Assembly (NCBI GenBank): GCA_002418265.1
Contig: DIDS01000032.1
Span: 76,396-140,395, forward strand
Direction of reading: 5' to 3'
DNA length: 64,000 nucleotides
Origin: Acidimicrobiia bacterium UBA5794
GTDB lineage: Bacteria > Actinomycetota > Acidimicrobiia > Spongiisociales > UBA5794
Part shown: positions 1-8,952 of the stretch, in pieces
Layout: each line of letters begins with the position of its first letter
Position numbering within the stretch: position 1 is the first letter of the stretch
The notes under the pieces: model-generated
Told to the model about the DNA's origin: nothing
What the model saw: only the letters and a program-made list of their open reading frames with translations
Database searches by the model: none
Position numbers and translations under genes: made by a program

Positions 1-351
1 GGCGAGGACGACTCCTGCGGTAGCTTCCCGCGGCAAGGAATCGAAACGGAACGTTTTTCCTTGATGCTCCGAGAGTGCGCTCGCGAGAAGGTCAGCAGTG
101 TTGTTGCCGATCGGACTGTGATAGTCGGTGAGTTCTGGTTCACCTGCGAACTGAACGAGGTCCTCAGAGACTGCGAGAGCCACCGCAGAGTCCTTGGTCG
201 TTGCAACGACGAGCTCCGACGTTGGATCGGTTCGATGTTTCCACACCGTTTCGAGAAATGGTTTGAACGGGAAGGGCCCTGTTCGAGGGGCCGTCGGTTC
301 CCCTTCAGTCGGGAAGTGTGTCCAATCACTGGCAATGTTGAGGGGAATCAC
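1..351 (-). CDS. GNAT-family (CelD/BcsL-like) acetyltransferase, runs off window start
   Basis: Not in the ORF track. Manual translation from GTG 351, which overlaps the upstream stop (GTGA): MIPLNIASDWTHF...PFPFKPFLETVW...VQFAGEPELTDYHSPIG, open to position 1. The F-x-G...TDY-x-x-P pattern resembles this family. Confidence 0.55.
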   Translation of the reverse strand, partial: MIPLNIASDWTHFPTEGEPTAPRTGPFPFKPFLETVWKHRTDPTSELVVATTKDSAVALAVSEDLVQFAGEPELTDYHSPIGNNTADLLASALSEHQGKTFRFDSLPREATAGVVLA

Positions 352-1280
352 GCATTCACCAGCACAAGGTTGCCGACGCTGCGTCCGGCGCCCATGACGG
401 GTTGGTTGAGTTGTGGATCCAACGTGGTGCGCATGGCATCGGTCAACATGCCGAGCCGATCAGCGACATGGAGCGCAGCTGAGCAAGCCACGTCGCCGTC
501 GCCGGACATGGACTTGGTCGCGATCGCGACGCCATGTCTCACCATTGCATATGATCCTTCTGCGCCACCTTTCTGTGGCCCTCCCCACATGGCCCCGATT
601 CGGCCATTTGCAGCAACGTTGTCCGTGATGAGCGATGGGAACCGCGCCATGACATCCGCAATGGGTTCCATCTCCTCTTCGGTGTCGAGCCTGATGAACG
701 CCTTTGCGAGTCCTCGGATCGAACCACGCAACGTCGGAGCTCCGCAGCCGTCAACGCCAACTGGCAATGGGTTGATGCCGGTGAACTCGTGAACGATTTC
801 GACGATGGATGTCTGGATCGGATGGTTCGGTTCCAGATACGTGTCGAGATCCCAACCTGTGTGCACGCATGCGGCAAGCCACCCGGCGTGCTTTCCCGAA
901 CAGTTATGGAGGATGGACCGCCTGGAGCGGTCCCCCTTTGAAATCAGGTCGGCATTTGCGCGCCGTGCGAGTGGACGGTCTGGAGTTGTGCGTAACGATG
1001 CCTCCGTGATACCCGCATTGCTGAGAATCTGGCGGACGATCGCGATATGAACGGGGTAGCCATGGTGGCTGGCGCATGTCAGAGCAAGGTGCTCTGGCGG
1101 TAGGACAAGACCCGTTCGTCTGGCAGCGAGCGCCTGAAACGGTTTGATCGCCGATCGGTAGTACATGGGTCGGTCGGGATTGCCAGAGGTGAACAGCTCC
1201 CGCCCATTGGCATCAAGAGCGATGGCGTCGACGTCGTCGAACGATTCGGCAAGCCCGGATCGGACCCTTGCAAACCGCAT
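348..1280 (-). CDS. L-asparaginase II (Rhizobium etli-type)
   Basis: Motifs RSAIKPFQ, CASHHG, HNCSGKHAG, DGCGAPT, KGGAEG. Confidence 0.9.
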   Translation of the reverse strand: MRFARVRSGLAESFDDVDAIALDANGRELFTSGNPDRPMYYRSAIKPFQALAARRTGLVLPPEHLALTCASHHGYPVHIAIVRQILSNAGITEASLRTTPDRPLARRANADLISKGDRSRRSILHNCSGKHAGWLAACVHTGWDLDTYLEPNHPIQTSIVEIVHEFTGINPLPVGVDGCGAPTLRGSIRGLAKAFIRLDTEEEMEPIADVMARFPSLITDNVAANGRIGAMWGGPQKGGAEGSYAMVRHGVAIATKSMSGDGDVACSAALHVADRLGMLTDAMRTTLDPQLNQPVMGAGRSVGNLVLVNA

Positions 1281-1286
1281 GACAGC

Positions 1287-1829
1287 TCAGTTCGCCGAAA
1301 GCAGTTCGTCTGCGTCCGCTGCACCTTCGCGGTAGCGACGCGTCAACTCCGTCGTGATGATCTCATAAGCGTCGTACACGGCACGCCGCTGATCGGAGAC
1401 TTCGCGTTCAGCAGCCCCGAGCCCGTCGCGAATGGTGACAAGTTCACTGTCTTGGAGAAAGGGGAGTCTGGCGAGGAAGTCATCGGCAAGTGCCCTGTCG
1501 ACCTCTCTCCGCCCTGCCCCTGCAAACTCGGGCGTATCGACCGATAGCTCGCGGTCGAGCGGATTCGATGTGTGGCTCGCCGATCCATCGCTCAAGATCT
1601 CGGGAAGCGCCTCGATCAGTGACCGGGACTCGGTGCCCGCTCTGCGTCGCATTTCGAAGTCGAGGAGGTCCATCCGACCATGGAGCACTCGCCGGTAATA
1701 GGAGAATTCGGTGTCGAGCTCGTCGAGCATCTTCCGACGGTTTCGGATCTCGTCAAGAGCAATCTCGTCAAGCCCCTCGGTGAAGGCTGGGTCCATGACC
1801 TGATCAATTCTTCTGCGGTGCTGTTCCAT
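1287..1829 (-). CDS. RsiG/AmfC-like coiled-coil protein (putative c-di-GMP-dependent anti-sigma factor)
   Basis: Two helical motifs, DTEFSYYRRVLHGRMD and EREVSDQRRAVYDAYE, plus C-terminal ELTRRYREG. Start moved to ATG 1829, which has an AAGGAG RBS. Confidence 0.75.
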   Translation of the reverse strand: MEQHRRRIDQVMDPAFTEGLDEIALDEIRNRRKMLDELDTEFSYYRRVLHGRMDLLDFEMRRRAGTESRSLIEALPEILSDGSASHTSNPLDRELSVDTPEFAGAGRREVDRALADDFLARLPFLQDSELVTIRDGLGAAEREVSDQRRAVYDAYEIITTELTRRYREGAADADELLSAN

Positions 1830-1908
1830 CTGTGCTCCTTGAACCCTCACAAGTTAGCAAGCCGGACGACCGACCTCGACACCATTGACTGAGTCAGCGC
1901 CCTGGCCG

Positions 1909-3057
1909 TTAACAGACCGAGCGGACCGTCGGATAGGGGTTGACGGCCACACCACCCGGTCTGATTTCGAAGTGGAGGTGCGGTGAGGTGTACCGGGCAT
2001 TTCCGGAGTTTCCGAGGAATCCAACAACGGTTCCCTTGGAAACCCGCTGGCCTGAACTGATGTTCGAGGGATGTCCCTCGAGGTGGGTGTAGTAATACAC
2101 AACACCGTTGTCTGCATAGAGGTGGGTTGAACGTCCCCCGAGAGAGTTGGACGAGAACTTGACGCGCCCGTCTGCGACCGCGAGAACGGGTGTGTTGCGA
2201 GCGTTGAACATGTCGACACCCTTGTGGGTTCTCCCACCGGAGCGGCGAGCACCCCAGGTATTTGAGAACGATGCGCCACCCTGGACGGGACAGATGAATC
2301 CTGGCGTCGTGGCGGGGTCGGCTCCGCCAGCTCTTCCGGGTGCCTTGGCCGCTTTTTCTGCCGTCTGTCGCTTGATACGATCGTCCTCGACCTGCTTCTT
2401 CCGGATCTCTGCGCGCAGCTCATCGATTGCGTCAGCGAGTGCAGCGTCGGCGTTGTCGAGGATGGCCTGCCGCTCCTCATAAAGCTGGTTGATTTCGTCC
2501 ACCAGGGCTGCGGCCTTGTCCTCGGCGACCTTGACGACGGCCTTCTGTTCCTCGAGCTCTACCGTTGAGCGGTCAACCTGGCGCGAGATGGCTTCAAGAT
2601 TCCCGAGTGTTGCAAGCTCCGATTCGGCTGCTCGGTCCATGAGGGCTTGTGACGTGACGAGTTCCTGGATACTTCCGGCCGAGAACGCGGAACCGATCAT
2701 GGATGTCTGACGTCCACCGGTATAGGCATCGATGACGAGCTGGCGGGCCGTCCTTTCGATATCGGCTGCCTCACCGCGATACCGAGTCACAGCCTCATCC
2801 ATCTTGCCGAGTCGATATTGGAGGTCCGTGTGTTCGGCGTGAATCGCCTCGTATTCAGCAATTGCAGCGTCAAGGCGCTCGGACGCTGCAACGTACTCGG
2901 CGTAGGCAGCCGACTGCTTTGCCTCCGCCCTGGCCTTGGCTCTGGCTGCAGCATCGACGTCGCTTTGGGTTTGGGCGGACGCGGCGATCGGGACAATCGA
3001 AAGGAGGGCGATCGCCAGGAGGAGTGTCAGCACGCGTTGAACGCTGAATCGTGACAT
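1909..3057 (-). CDS. Secreted coiled-coil M23 metallopeptidase (murein hydrolase/EnvC-like)
   Basis: Signal peptide, long coiled coil, C-terminal HKGVD...YTHL...HLHFE zinc motifs. Confidence 0.9.
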   Translation of the reverse strand: MSRFSVQRVLTLLLAIALLSIVPIAASAQTQSDVDAAARAKARAEAKQSAAYAEYVAASERLDAAIAEYEAIHAEHTDLQYRLGKMDEAVTRYRGEAADIERTARQLVIDAYTGGRQTSMIGSAFSAGSIQELVTSQALMDRAAESELATLGNLEAISRQVDRSTVELEEQKAVVKVAEDKAAALVDEINQLYEERQAILDNADAALADAIDELRAEIRKKQVEDDRIKRQTAEKAAKAPGRAGGADPATTPGFICPVQGGASFSNTWGARRSGGRTHKGVDMFNARNTPVLAVADGRVKFSSNSLGGRSTHLYADNGVVYYYTHLEGHPSNISSGQRVSKGTVVGFLGNSGNARYTSPHLHFEIRPGGVAVNPYPTVRSVC

Positions 3058-3110
3058 GCCCAAGGCAGGCTAGCGAGGGAGTTCGGGAACCGGACCAGGT
3101 TTCTGGTGGT

Positions 3111-4100
3111 CTACCCGAAGAACCAGACCGCCATCCAGAACAGGGGAGAGGCCAGGACTGCCCCGTCGAACATGGCAAGGGCGCCAGGTGCGTTCTCGGT
3201 GTGGACGATGGATCCGGTTCGAAGGGTCGATCCGAGAGCACGTCCCCCGATCACGCCGGCTGCTGCAGCCACGCCGCCAAGAAGTCCAGCGGCGACGTCA
3301 AGCTCGGAGATAGCGAATCCGGCAATCAATCCACCAATGAGGGCACCAAGAAGGGCTCCCACATTTGGATCGACTGATTGGATGGAGTCGCCGTAGGCGC
3401 CGGCGAGGAATGATCCGACGAGAGCGAAGGCCGTGACGAGTACGAAGGCCAGCACTGCGTACGAACCGATCAGCCTGATGAGTACGAGGCCAGCAGCCGC
3501 TGACGATGCAAGGATGGTGACCAGCGCGGTTGCGGCTGTGGTTCGAAAGTCCCGGTGCGCCTTGTCGAAGATTGGCCACGACACCGCAACGATGAACCCG
3601 AACGCGATCCCACCGGCAAATCCGTCGAACCCCCACGCGTAGGCGGCCGATGCCGCGACCGTCACTCCGATCATCGGCGGGTAGACGACAAACGAGTCTC
3701 GCGATGTTGAAGCGGTTTCGAAGGCATCCCAGATCCAGGCGATGATTGCGCCAACCGCAACGACCACAAACCACTGCGGATCTGCCCAGGCAACCGCGAG
3801 GAGGGCAGCAATCAGTGCAACCGACAGGATTCCGGGGATGTCGACTACGGACGCAGTGGTAGTTGCTCCACCCGATACGGGAGGGATCAACGCAATCTCG
3901 TCGGACGCGGAGATCGCCGTGGAGAGTTCAGCCTGTTCGCCGTTGACCCACACTCCGGCCGACTTGATGCCGGCCGCAAAGCGATCACCGAATTGCGTCG
4001 ATGCGCTGTCGAGCAGCTCCGCGACGGTGGAGGCATCGATGTCTACAGAATCGGTTCCCGCTGACTCGCGGAGATTGGCGAAGAGTCGGAGTGTGGCCAT
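3111..4100 (-). CDS. MoaD/ThiS ubiquitin-like domain fused to a multi-pass membrane domain (degenerate CdsA-like)
   Basis: N-terminal LRLFANLRESAG...VNGE...DEIALIPPVSGG followed by about 8 hydrophobic helices. ATG 4100 lies 6 nt after TACGCT (leaderless pattern). Confidence 0.8.
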   Translation of the reverse strand: MATLRLFANLRESAGTDSVDIDASTVAELLDSASTQFGDRFAAGIKSAGVWVNGEQAELSTAISASDEIALIPPVSGGATTTASVVDIPGILSVALIAALLAVAWADPQWFVVVAVGAIIAWIWDAFETASTSRDSFVVYPPMIGVTVAASAAYAWGFDGFAGGIAFGFIVAVSWPIFDKAHRDFRTTAATALVTILASSAAAGLVLIRLIGSYAVLAFVLVTAFALVGSFLAGAYGDSIQSVDPNVGALLGALIGGLIAGFAISELDVAAGLLGGVAAAAGVIGGRALGSTLRTGSIVHTENAPGALAMFDGAVLASPLFWMAVWFFG

Positions 4101-4194
4101 GGCCAAAGCGTAGCGCCATCCACGATCGCGGCCGTGAATCAGGTGTCATGCAATCTCAAATGATGATTGTGTCGTCACCCCCATATTCGGATTG

Positions 4195-5115
4195 TCATGT
4201 GCCGCCTCCGAGCAGGTTCATGTCACGCAGCGCGCTGATCGGCTCATCGAAATCGGTTGCGTCGTAGGCGATGAACAGGTTCTGTCTCACCCGTCGCAGA
4301 GCCGATCCCGGCATCGTGATGTCGCGCCATGTCGCAAACGCCGGAGATATCGCAAAGGCAGTGCGATCGGTTTCGGACACGATCTCGATGATTGTCCCGA
4401 GTCCCGCCCCATCGGCAGCGGCTGCCGTTGCCATCAACATGTTGAGGAATCCGTGGCGGTAGATGCTCAGGGCTTCGTCGAAGTGACGGACGGGTTGATG
4501 GAGACCTGCGGTTGCCTTGTAGGGAAGACCGGCATCGACGCAGGACTTGATGAAGACGGCAAGCTCCTCTGCGGTGGGGAAAAGGTCTGAGGTCGCCCCG
4601 CCGCATCGGAGTTTCGCTCCACCGACTCGCCCTGCTCGTTTGATGACGTCAGCAATGCTGCGGACCTGTCCTTCGATGTTCGCCGACGGCGTCACCTCCA
4701 GGAACGCAACAACGTCGGGGCTGATCGAACCAACCGTGGTGAAGAGCCGTTCGATTCCATCAATCGTCGGATCAATGATGCGAGCTTCGGCAGCTGAAAC
4801 GGTCATCGCAGGCTCCATCTCAGCGTGGAACGCCGCGGCGAGGTCGGCCGATTGCGGGGCATCGAGATCGAAGGTGGCGCTTACCTCCCACGGCACTTCG
4901 CCAGCAACCATCGTTGCCTGGGCCACTGCGGCGAGTTCTTCGAGTTGCGAGGCCCGGATGAGGAATCGGCCCACAACCCACGAGGCCTCCGAGGCACGTG
5001 CTTCGCGGTAACCAGCAACGGCATCACCCACACTCAGCGACGCTGGAGGAAACACACCGCCATAGTCAACGAGGGCAGCGAATGCCGATGTTCGTGCATC
5101 AACGACGAGTCTCAT
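4195..5115 (-). CDS. Conserved hypothetical protein (probable TIM-barrel)
   Basis: LVDYGGVFPPA, KLRCGG, KATAGLHQPVR and HGFLN resemble a conserved uncharacterised family. Confidence 0.7.
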   Translation of the reverse strand: MRLVVDARTSAFAALVDYGGVFPPASLSVGDAVAGYREARASEASWVVGRFLIRASQLEELAAVAQATMVAGEVPWEVSATFDLDAPQSADLAAAFHAEMEPAMTVSAAEARIIDPTIDGIERLFTTVGSISPDVVAFLEVTPSANIEGQVRSIADVIKRAGRVGGAKLRCGGATSDLFPTAEELAVFIKSCVDAGLPYKATAGLHQPVRHFDEALSIYRHGFLNMLMATAAAADGAGLGTIIEIVSETDRTAFAISPAFATWRDITMPGSALRRVRQNLFIAYDATDFDEPISALRDMNLLGGGT

Positions 5116-5249
5116 GCATGCTCCCGCGGTGACGCAGCACTAGTGGCCTCTCGAACTTGGGCCAAGGTCGAGTCGCTGGAAGGTGTCAAGTGTAAAGAAT
5201 ATCTCGGTGCCTACAAGAGTCATGGGGCCTCGCTGTGTCGGTTGTCGGA

Positions 5250-6083
5250 TCAGTAGATTTCGGGGACGAAGGTTTGCTCGGTAATCGGGGGGCGGATGTA
5301 TGCCGAATCCTTTTGACGGGGAGGAAGCTCAACCCATCCCAGTGTCCGATCCTCGTATGGGATGAGCGAAAGCAGATGGCTGATGACGTTGAGGCGTGCT
5401 CGCTTCTTGTCTTCGGAGTTCACGACGTACCAAGGCGCCTGCTTGGTGTCGGTGTGGTCGAACATGATGTCTTTTGCCCGTGAGAAATCGACCCACCTGG
5501 TCCGTGATTCGAGATCCATACTCGAGAGCTTCCAGCGCTTTGTCTTGTCATTGATCCGACTTTGGAAACGGCGCTCCTGCTCTTCGTCACTCACCGAAAA
5601 CCAATACTTGATGAGGATGATCCCGCTGCGGACGAGCATCCGTTCGAACTCGGGACACGATCGGAGGAACTCCCGGTACTCCTCCTCCGTGCAAAACCCC
5701 ATCACGGGTTCAACGAGCGCCCGGTTGTACCACGATCGGTCGAAGAGGACCATCTCGCGTGCCGCCGGAAGCTGGGCGACATACCGCTGGAACCACCATT
5801 GCGTCTTTTCCCGTTCTGTTGGGGTTCCCAGAGCCACGATCCGACAGATCCGCGGATTCAGCCGCTCCGTGATTCGCTTGATCGCACCGCCCTTCCCTGC
5901 TGCATCTCTGCCTTCAAACACGACAACAACGCGGAGACCCTCGTCTCTGATGTAACTCTGGAGCTTGACGAGTTCTGTTTGGAGACGCGCGAGTTCCGAG
6001 TGGTAATACTTGTTCTTCAGCTTTGGTGGCCTTGCACGATTCGACCGTTCGATCGTTTCGGAGTCGCTTTCGTCGCTGCTCAC
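5250..6083 (-). CDS. ppk2: Polyphosphate kinase 2
   Basis: Walker A EGRDAAGKGG, Walker B FDRSWYNR, lid KRWKLS; AGGAGG RBS before the GTG. Confidence 0.95.
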   Translation of the reverse strand: MSSDESDSETIERSNRARPPKLKNKYYHSELARLQTELVKLQSYIRDEGLRVVVVFEGRDAAGKGGAIKRITERLNPRICRIVALGTPTEREKTQWWFQRYVAQLPAAREMVLFDRSWYNRALVEPVMGFCTEEEYREFLRSCPEFERMLVRSGIILIKYWFSVSDEEQERRFQSRINDKTKRWKLSSMDLESRTRWVDFSRAKDIMFDHTDTKQAPWYVVNSEDKKRARLNVISHLLSLIPYEDRTLGWVELPPRQKDSAYIRPPITEQTFVPEIY

Positions 6084-6122
6084 GATTCCTCCTGCCGGCG
6101 TTCGTCGTACCCGTGCACAATA

Positions 6123-6159
6123 CCGACCTGGCGTTGCCCGACTTGGCGTTCACCCGACT
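6123..6159. repeat. Imperfect direct repeat CCGACYTGGCGTT (2 copies plus a partial third) in a divergent intergenic region
   Basis: ccgacctggcgttgc / ccgacttggcgttcac / ccgact. Confidence 0.5.
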
Positions 6160-6190
6160 CCCATGTCGACCCTGTCGGTAATCTCTCCAT

Positions 6191-7039
6191 ATGAACCAAC
6201 CGATCTCATTTCTTTCGGACTTTGGGTACGTCGACGAGTTCGTCGGTGTGGTTCACGGCGTCATCGCACGCATCGCCCCGACGACCAGGGTGATCGACAT
6301 CACACACGGGATCAGACGCGGCGACATCCACGGAGGGGCGATGTCACTCACGCGTGCTGTCCAGTTCATGCCTGACGGTGTGTTCCTCGCCGTTGTTGAT
6401 CCCGGTGTCGGAACTGACCGATTGGCAATCGCGGCGCGGACATCGGTCGGGTACTTCGTTGGACCCGACAACGGCCTGCTTGCACCCGCAGTTGCGATGG
6501 TTGGCGGCGCCGATCTGATTGTCTCTCTCGAGGACGAGCAGTTTCAGCTGCCACGCCAGGGGTCAACCTTTCACGGGAGGGACATCTTCGGGCCAGCTGC
6601 CGCGGTCCTGGCTGCGGGTCAGGCCGAGATCGGTGACCTCGGACCGGCCGTCAACCCGGATGCGATCACCCCGCTTTTGATACCTCTCTCCGAGCCGACC
6701 GGGCGCGGTTCCATCAAAGGTGCGGTTCTGTGGATCGACACCTACGGGAACATCCAGATCAACATCGGACCCGAGGACCTGAACGCCCTTGGCCTGTCAA
6801 AAGGTGATGACGTGTTGGTGAGTGCTGCCATGCACGAGTTCCGCATCACGTGGGGCGAGTCATACGGATCGGTCGAGGAGGGCGAAGCGGTTGTCCACGT
6901 CGACTCGCACGGTCAGATGGCGCTCGGAGTTCGTGGTGGCAGTGCCGAAGAGGATTTCGACCTGGTGGTTGGTGACCCAATCGTCCTCGGACGACCAGAT
7001 GGCGGCAACAGAATCAACCTTGAGATTGTCTCCTCTTAG
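6191..7039 (+). CDS. SAM hydroxide adenosyltransferase / SAM hydrolase (DUF62 family)
   Basis: FLSDFG, VVDPGVGTDR, GPDNGLL, STFHGRDIFGPAAA, IDTYGN. Confidence 0.9.
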   Translation: MNQPISFLSDFGYVDEFVGVVHGVIARIAPTTRVIDITHGIRRGDIHGGAMSLTRAVQFMPDGVFLAVVDPGVGTDRLAIAARTSVGYFVGPDNGLLAPAVAMVGGADLIVSLEDEQFQLPRQGSTFHGRDIFGPAAAVLAAGQAEIGDLGPAVNPDAITPLLIPLSEPTGRGSIKGAVLWIDTYGNIQINIGPEDLNALGLSKGDDVLVSAAMHEFRITWGESYGSVEEGEAVVHVDSHGQMALGVRGGSAEEDFDLVVGDPIVLGRPDGGNRINLEIVSS

Positions 7040-7110
7040 TAGGCGGAAACCCTCGAAGGGTCGTGCCTGTTGGGCAAAAAAGTGTCATACCCGGTTGATA
7101 CGGTGTCTTC

Positions 7111-8505
7111 ATGGTCACTCAAGCGCCACCCATTACATCATCCACGACCCCGCCGACTGATTGGGATTTCGATACGAGTTGGTTCCCGTCCGATATTGGC
7201 GAGTGGGAGCCTTCCGTCGAGCTGGGGACGTACCTGACCGAGTTCGATCCGTCAGAACTCGAAAGCGGTGACCGCGTCAGGCTGCTCCAGGCCAGGGCTC
7301 GCCTCGCCTCTCACGTGACGGCGTCACTCCTGCGCGACATTGCCGGGGTGGTGGATGCATACGCTGTGGAGTGTCGCTTGGAGCCCACCGATGAGATCGT
7401 GTTGGACGATGCAGCGTCTGAGCTCCGCGCGGCGCTGCATCTAACACGTCGGGCAGCGGACGGATGGATACATCTCGCTCTTCGTCTGCGAAACGAGTTC
7501 CCCGACCTGTTGGCCCTCCTCAATTCGGGGGATCTCGATCTCCCTCGTGTACGGGCAATTGACTACGCCATCTTCGGATTACCGGACGAATACGCAAGAA
7601 ACGTTGTTGATGCGATCATTGACGATGCACCGCACCTGACAACCGGCCAGTTGGGTGCACGAATACGCAAGCTCATCATCGACCTGGAGCCGGAAGCCGC
7701 TCAGGACCAATACGAAGCCGCCGTCGAGCATCGTTCTGTTGTGGTGTACCCCGGTGAGGCCAACACGGCTGGTGTGAATGCAAGAAATCTTCCTCCCGAT
7801 CGTGTCGCAGCGATCTCGCGTCGCATTGACAAGATCGCAAAATCTCTGCGTACTGGCGGCGAGACGCGAACCATGGACCAGCTACGAGCCGATGTGTTCA
7901 TGGACCTGCTTGCGGGCACAAGCCACACGACGGTGGGACGAGGAGTTGTGGACATCCGAGTCGACCTCGAAACACTGACCGGGCTTGCTCAACGCTCCGG
8001 TGATCTGGGTGGGTACGGACCCGTCGTGGCCGACATTGCCCGCCAGACGGTGGAACAGAACCCGGATGCCGAGTTTCGATTCATGGTGACCGACCGCAAG
8101 ACCCGCCAGCTTGTGAGCCATGGAACCACCCGGAGGCGTCCGACCGCTGAGCAACGACGGCTCGTCGAGATGTTCCACCTGCGGTGTGTCTTCCCAGGCT
8201 GTCGCATGCCAGCGACGCAATGTGATCTTGATCACCGCATCGAATGGTTGGGGAATGGGCCTACGACGGTCGACAACCTTCTACCGCTTTGCAGACATGA
8301 TCACGTGATCCGTCACGATGCCGGGTGGAAACACTTCATCGATGATGTCGGCGACTACGTTTGGGTATCACCGCTCGGTGTCGCCTACCGACAACCACCA
8401 GACGACGACCAATTCCCAAATGCCGCGGCCATTGATGCCGTCGCTCCCGACGTGCCAGCAGTTGACAATGGTTCCGATCCCATGGGAACCCGAGCTCCTC
8501 CCTGA
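7111..8505 (+). CDS. DUF222 / HNH endonuclease (13E12-repeat-like) protein
   Basis: RTMDQLRAD, GYGPV, CVFPGC...CDLDHRIEW...GPTTVDNLLPLCRHDH, C-terminal APP. Confidence 0.9.
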   Translation: MVTQAPPITSSTTPPTDWDFDTSWFPSDIGEWEPSVELGTYLTEFDPSELESGDRVRLLQARARLASHVTASLLRDIAGVVDAYAVECRLEPTDEIVLDDAASELRAALHLTRRAADGWIHLALRLRNEFPDLLALLNSGDLDLPRVRAIDYAIFGLPDEYARNVVDAIIDDAPHLTTGQLGARIRKLIIDLEPEAAQDQYEAAVEHRSVVVYPGEANTAGVNARNLPPDRVAAISRRIDKIAKSLRTGGETRTMDQLRADVFMDLLAGTSHTTVGRGVVDIRVDLETLTGLAQRSGDLGGYGPVVADIARQTVEQNPDAEFRFMVTDRKTRQLVSHGTTRRRPTAEQRRLVEMFHLRCVFPGCRMPATQCDLDHRIEWLGNGPTTVDNLLPLCRHDHVIRHDAGWKHFIDDVGDYVWVSPLGVAYRQPPDDDQFPNAAAIDAVAPDVPAVDNGSDPMGTRAPP

Positions 8506-8532
8506 CAGATGGTCGCCGAGCATCCACGCTTG

Positions 8533-8628
8533 CTACGGTGAAAGCCCGCCAGTCAACAACTTGACGATGAATGCGATCACAATGAACGCAAGCAGCACAA
8601 CAACGGCGATTGAGGTGACGGGTCTCAT
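8533..8628 (-). CDS. Small single-pass membrane protein (31 aa)
   Basis: MRPVTSIAVVVLLAFIVIAFIVKLLTGGLSP; ATG preceded by TATCGT at 7 nt. Confidence 0.5.
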   Translation of the reverse strand: MRPVTSIAVVVLLAFIVIAFIVKLLTGGLSP

Positions 8629-8655
8629 GTCCGAAACGATAGTGAGCGACCCACG

Positions 8656-8910
8656 GTGACCGGCTCCGGCTCGATGCTGCGCTTCTTCACACGTAACGGA
8701 TGTCCGTTGTGCGACAAAGGACTGGCAGTCCTCCAACCAATTGCCGAAGGTGCCGGTTACACAATCGAGATCATCGACATCGATCTCGACCTCGCACTGC
8801 TGGAGCGCTACAACGATCGGGTACCTGTTATCGAAGCCTTGGACGGATCGGTGGTCGATGAAGGAATCATTGCTCCCCGAACCGTCGAGTCCGCGCTCCG
8901 AAATCCATAG
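8656..8910 (+). CDS. Glutaredoxin-like protein (DUF836-type)
   Basis: FTRNGCPLCD, YNDRVPV. Confidence 0.85.
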   Translation: MTGSGSMLRFFTRNGCPLCDKGLAVLQPIAEGAGYTIEIIDIDLDLALLERYNDRVPVIEALDGSVVDEGIIAPRTVESALRNP

Positions 8911-8924
8911 TCGCTGACCGGCAA

Positions 8925-8940
8925 TCTGACTTCTGACTTC
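8925..8940. repeat. Heptamer tandem TGACTTC (about 2 copies), inverse of the array at 10205
   Basis: tctgacttctgacttc. Confidence 0.6.
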
Positions 8941-8952
8941 GGTCATCGGAAA

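Noticed and set aside
6191-7039. SAM-dependent chlorinase or fluorinase
   Set aside because: It has the Asp/Arg/His residues (DPGVGTDR, TFHGRD) typical of DUF62 SAM hydrolases, and there is no biosynthetic context.
7111-8505. Intact transposon or IS around the DUF222-HNH gene
   Set aside because: No terminal inverted repeats, target duplication or transposase motif seen.
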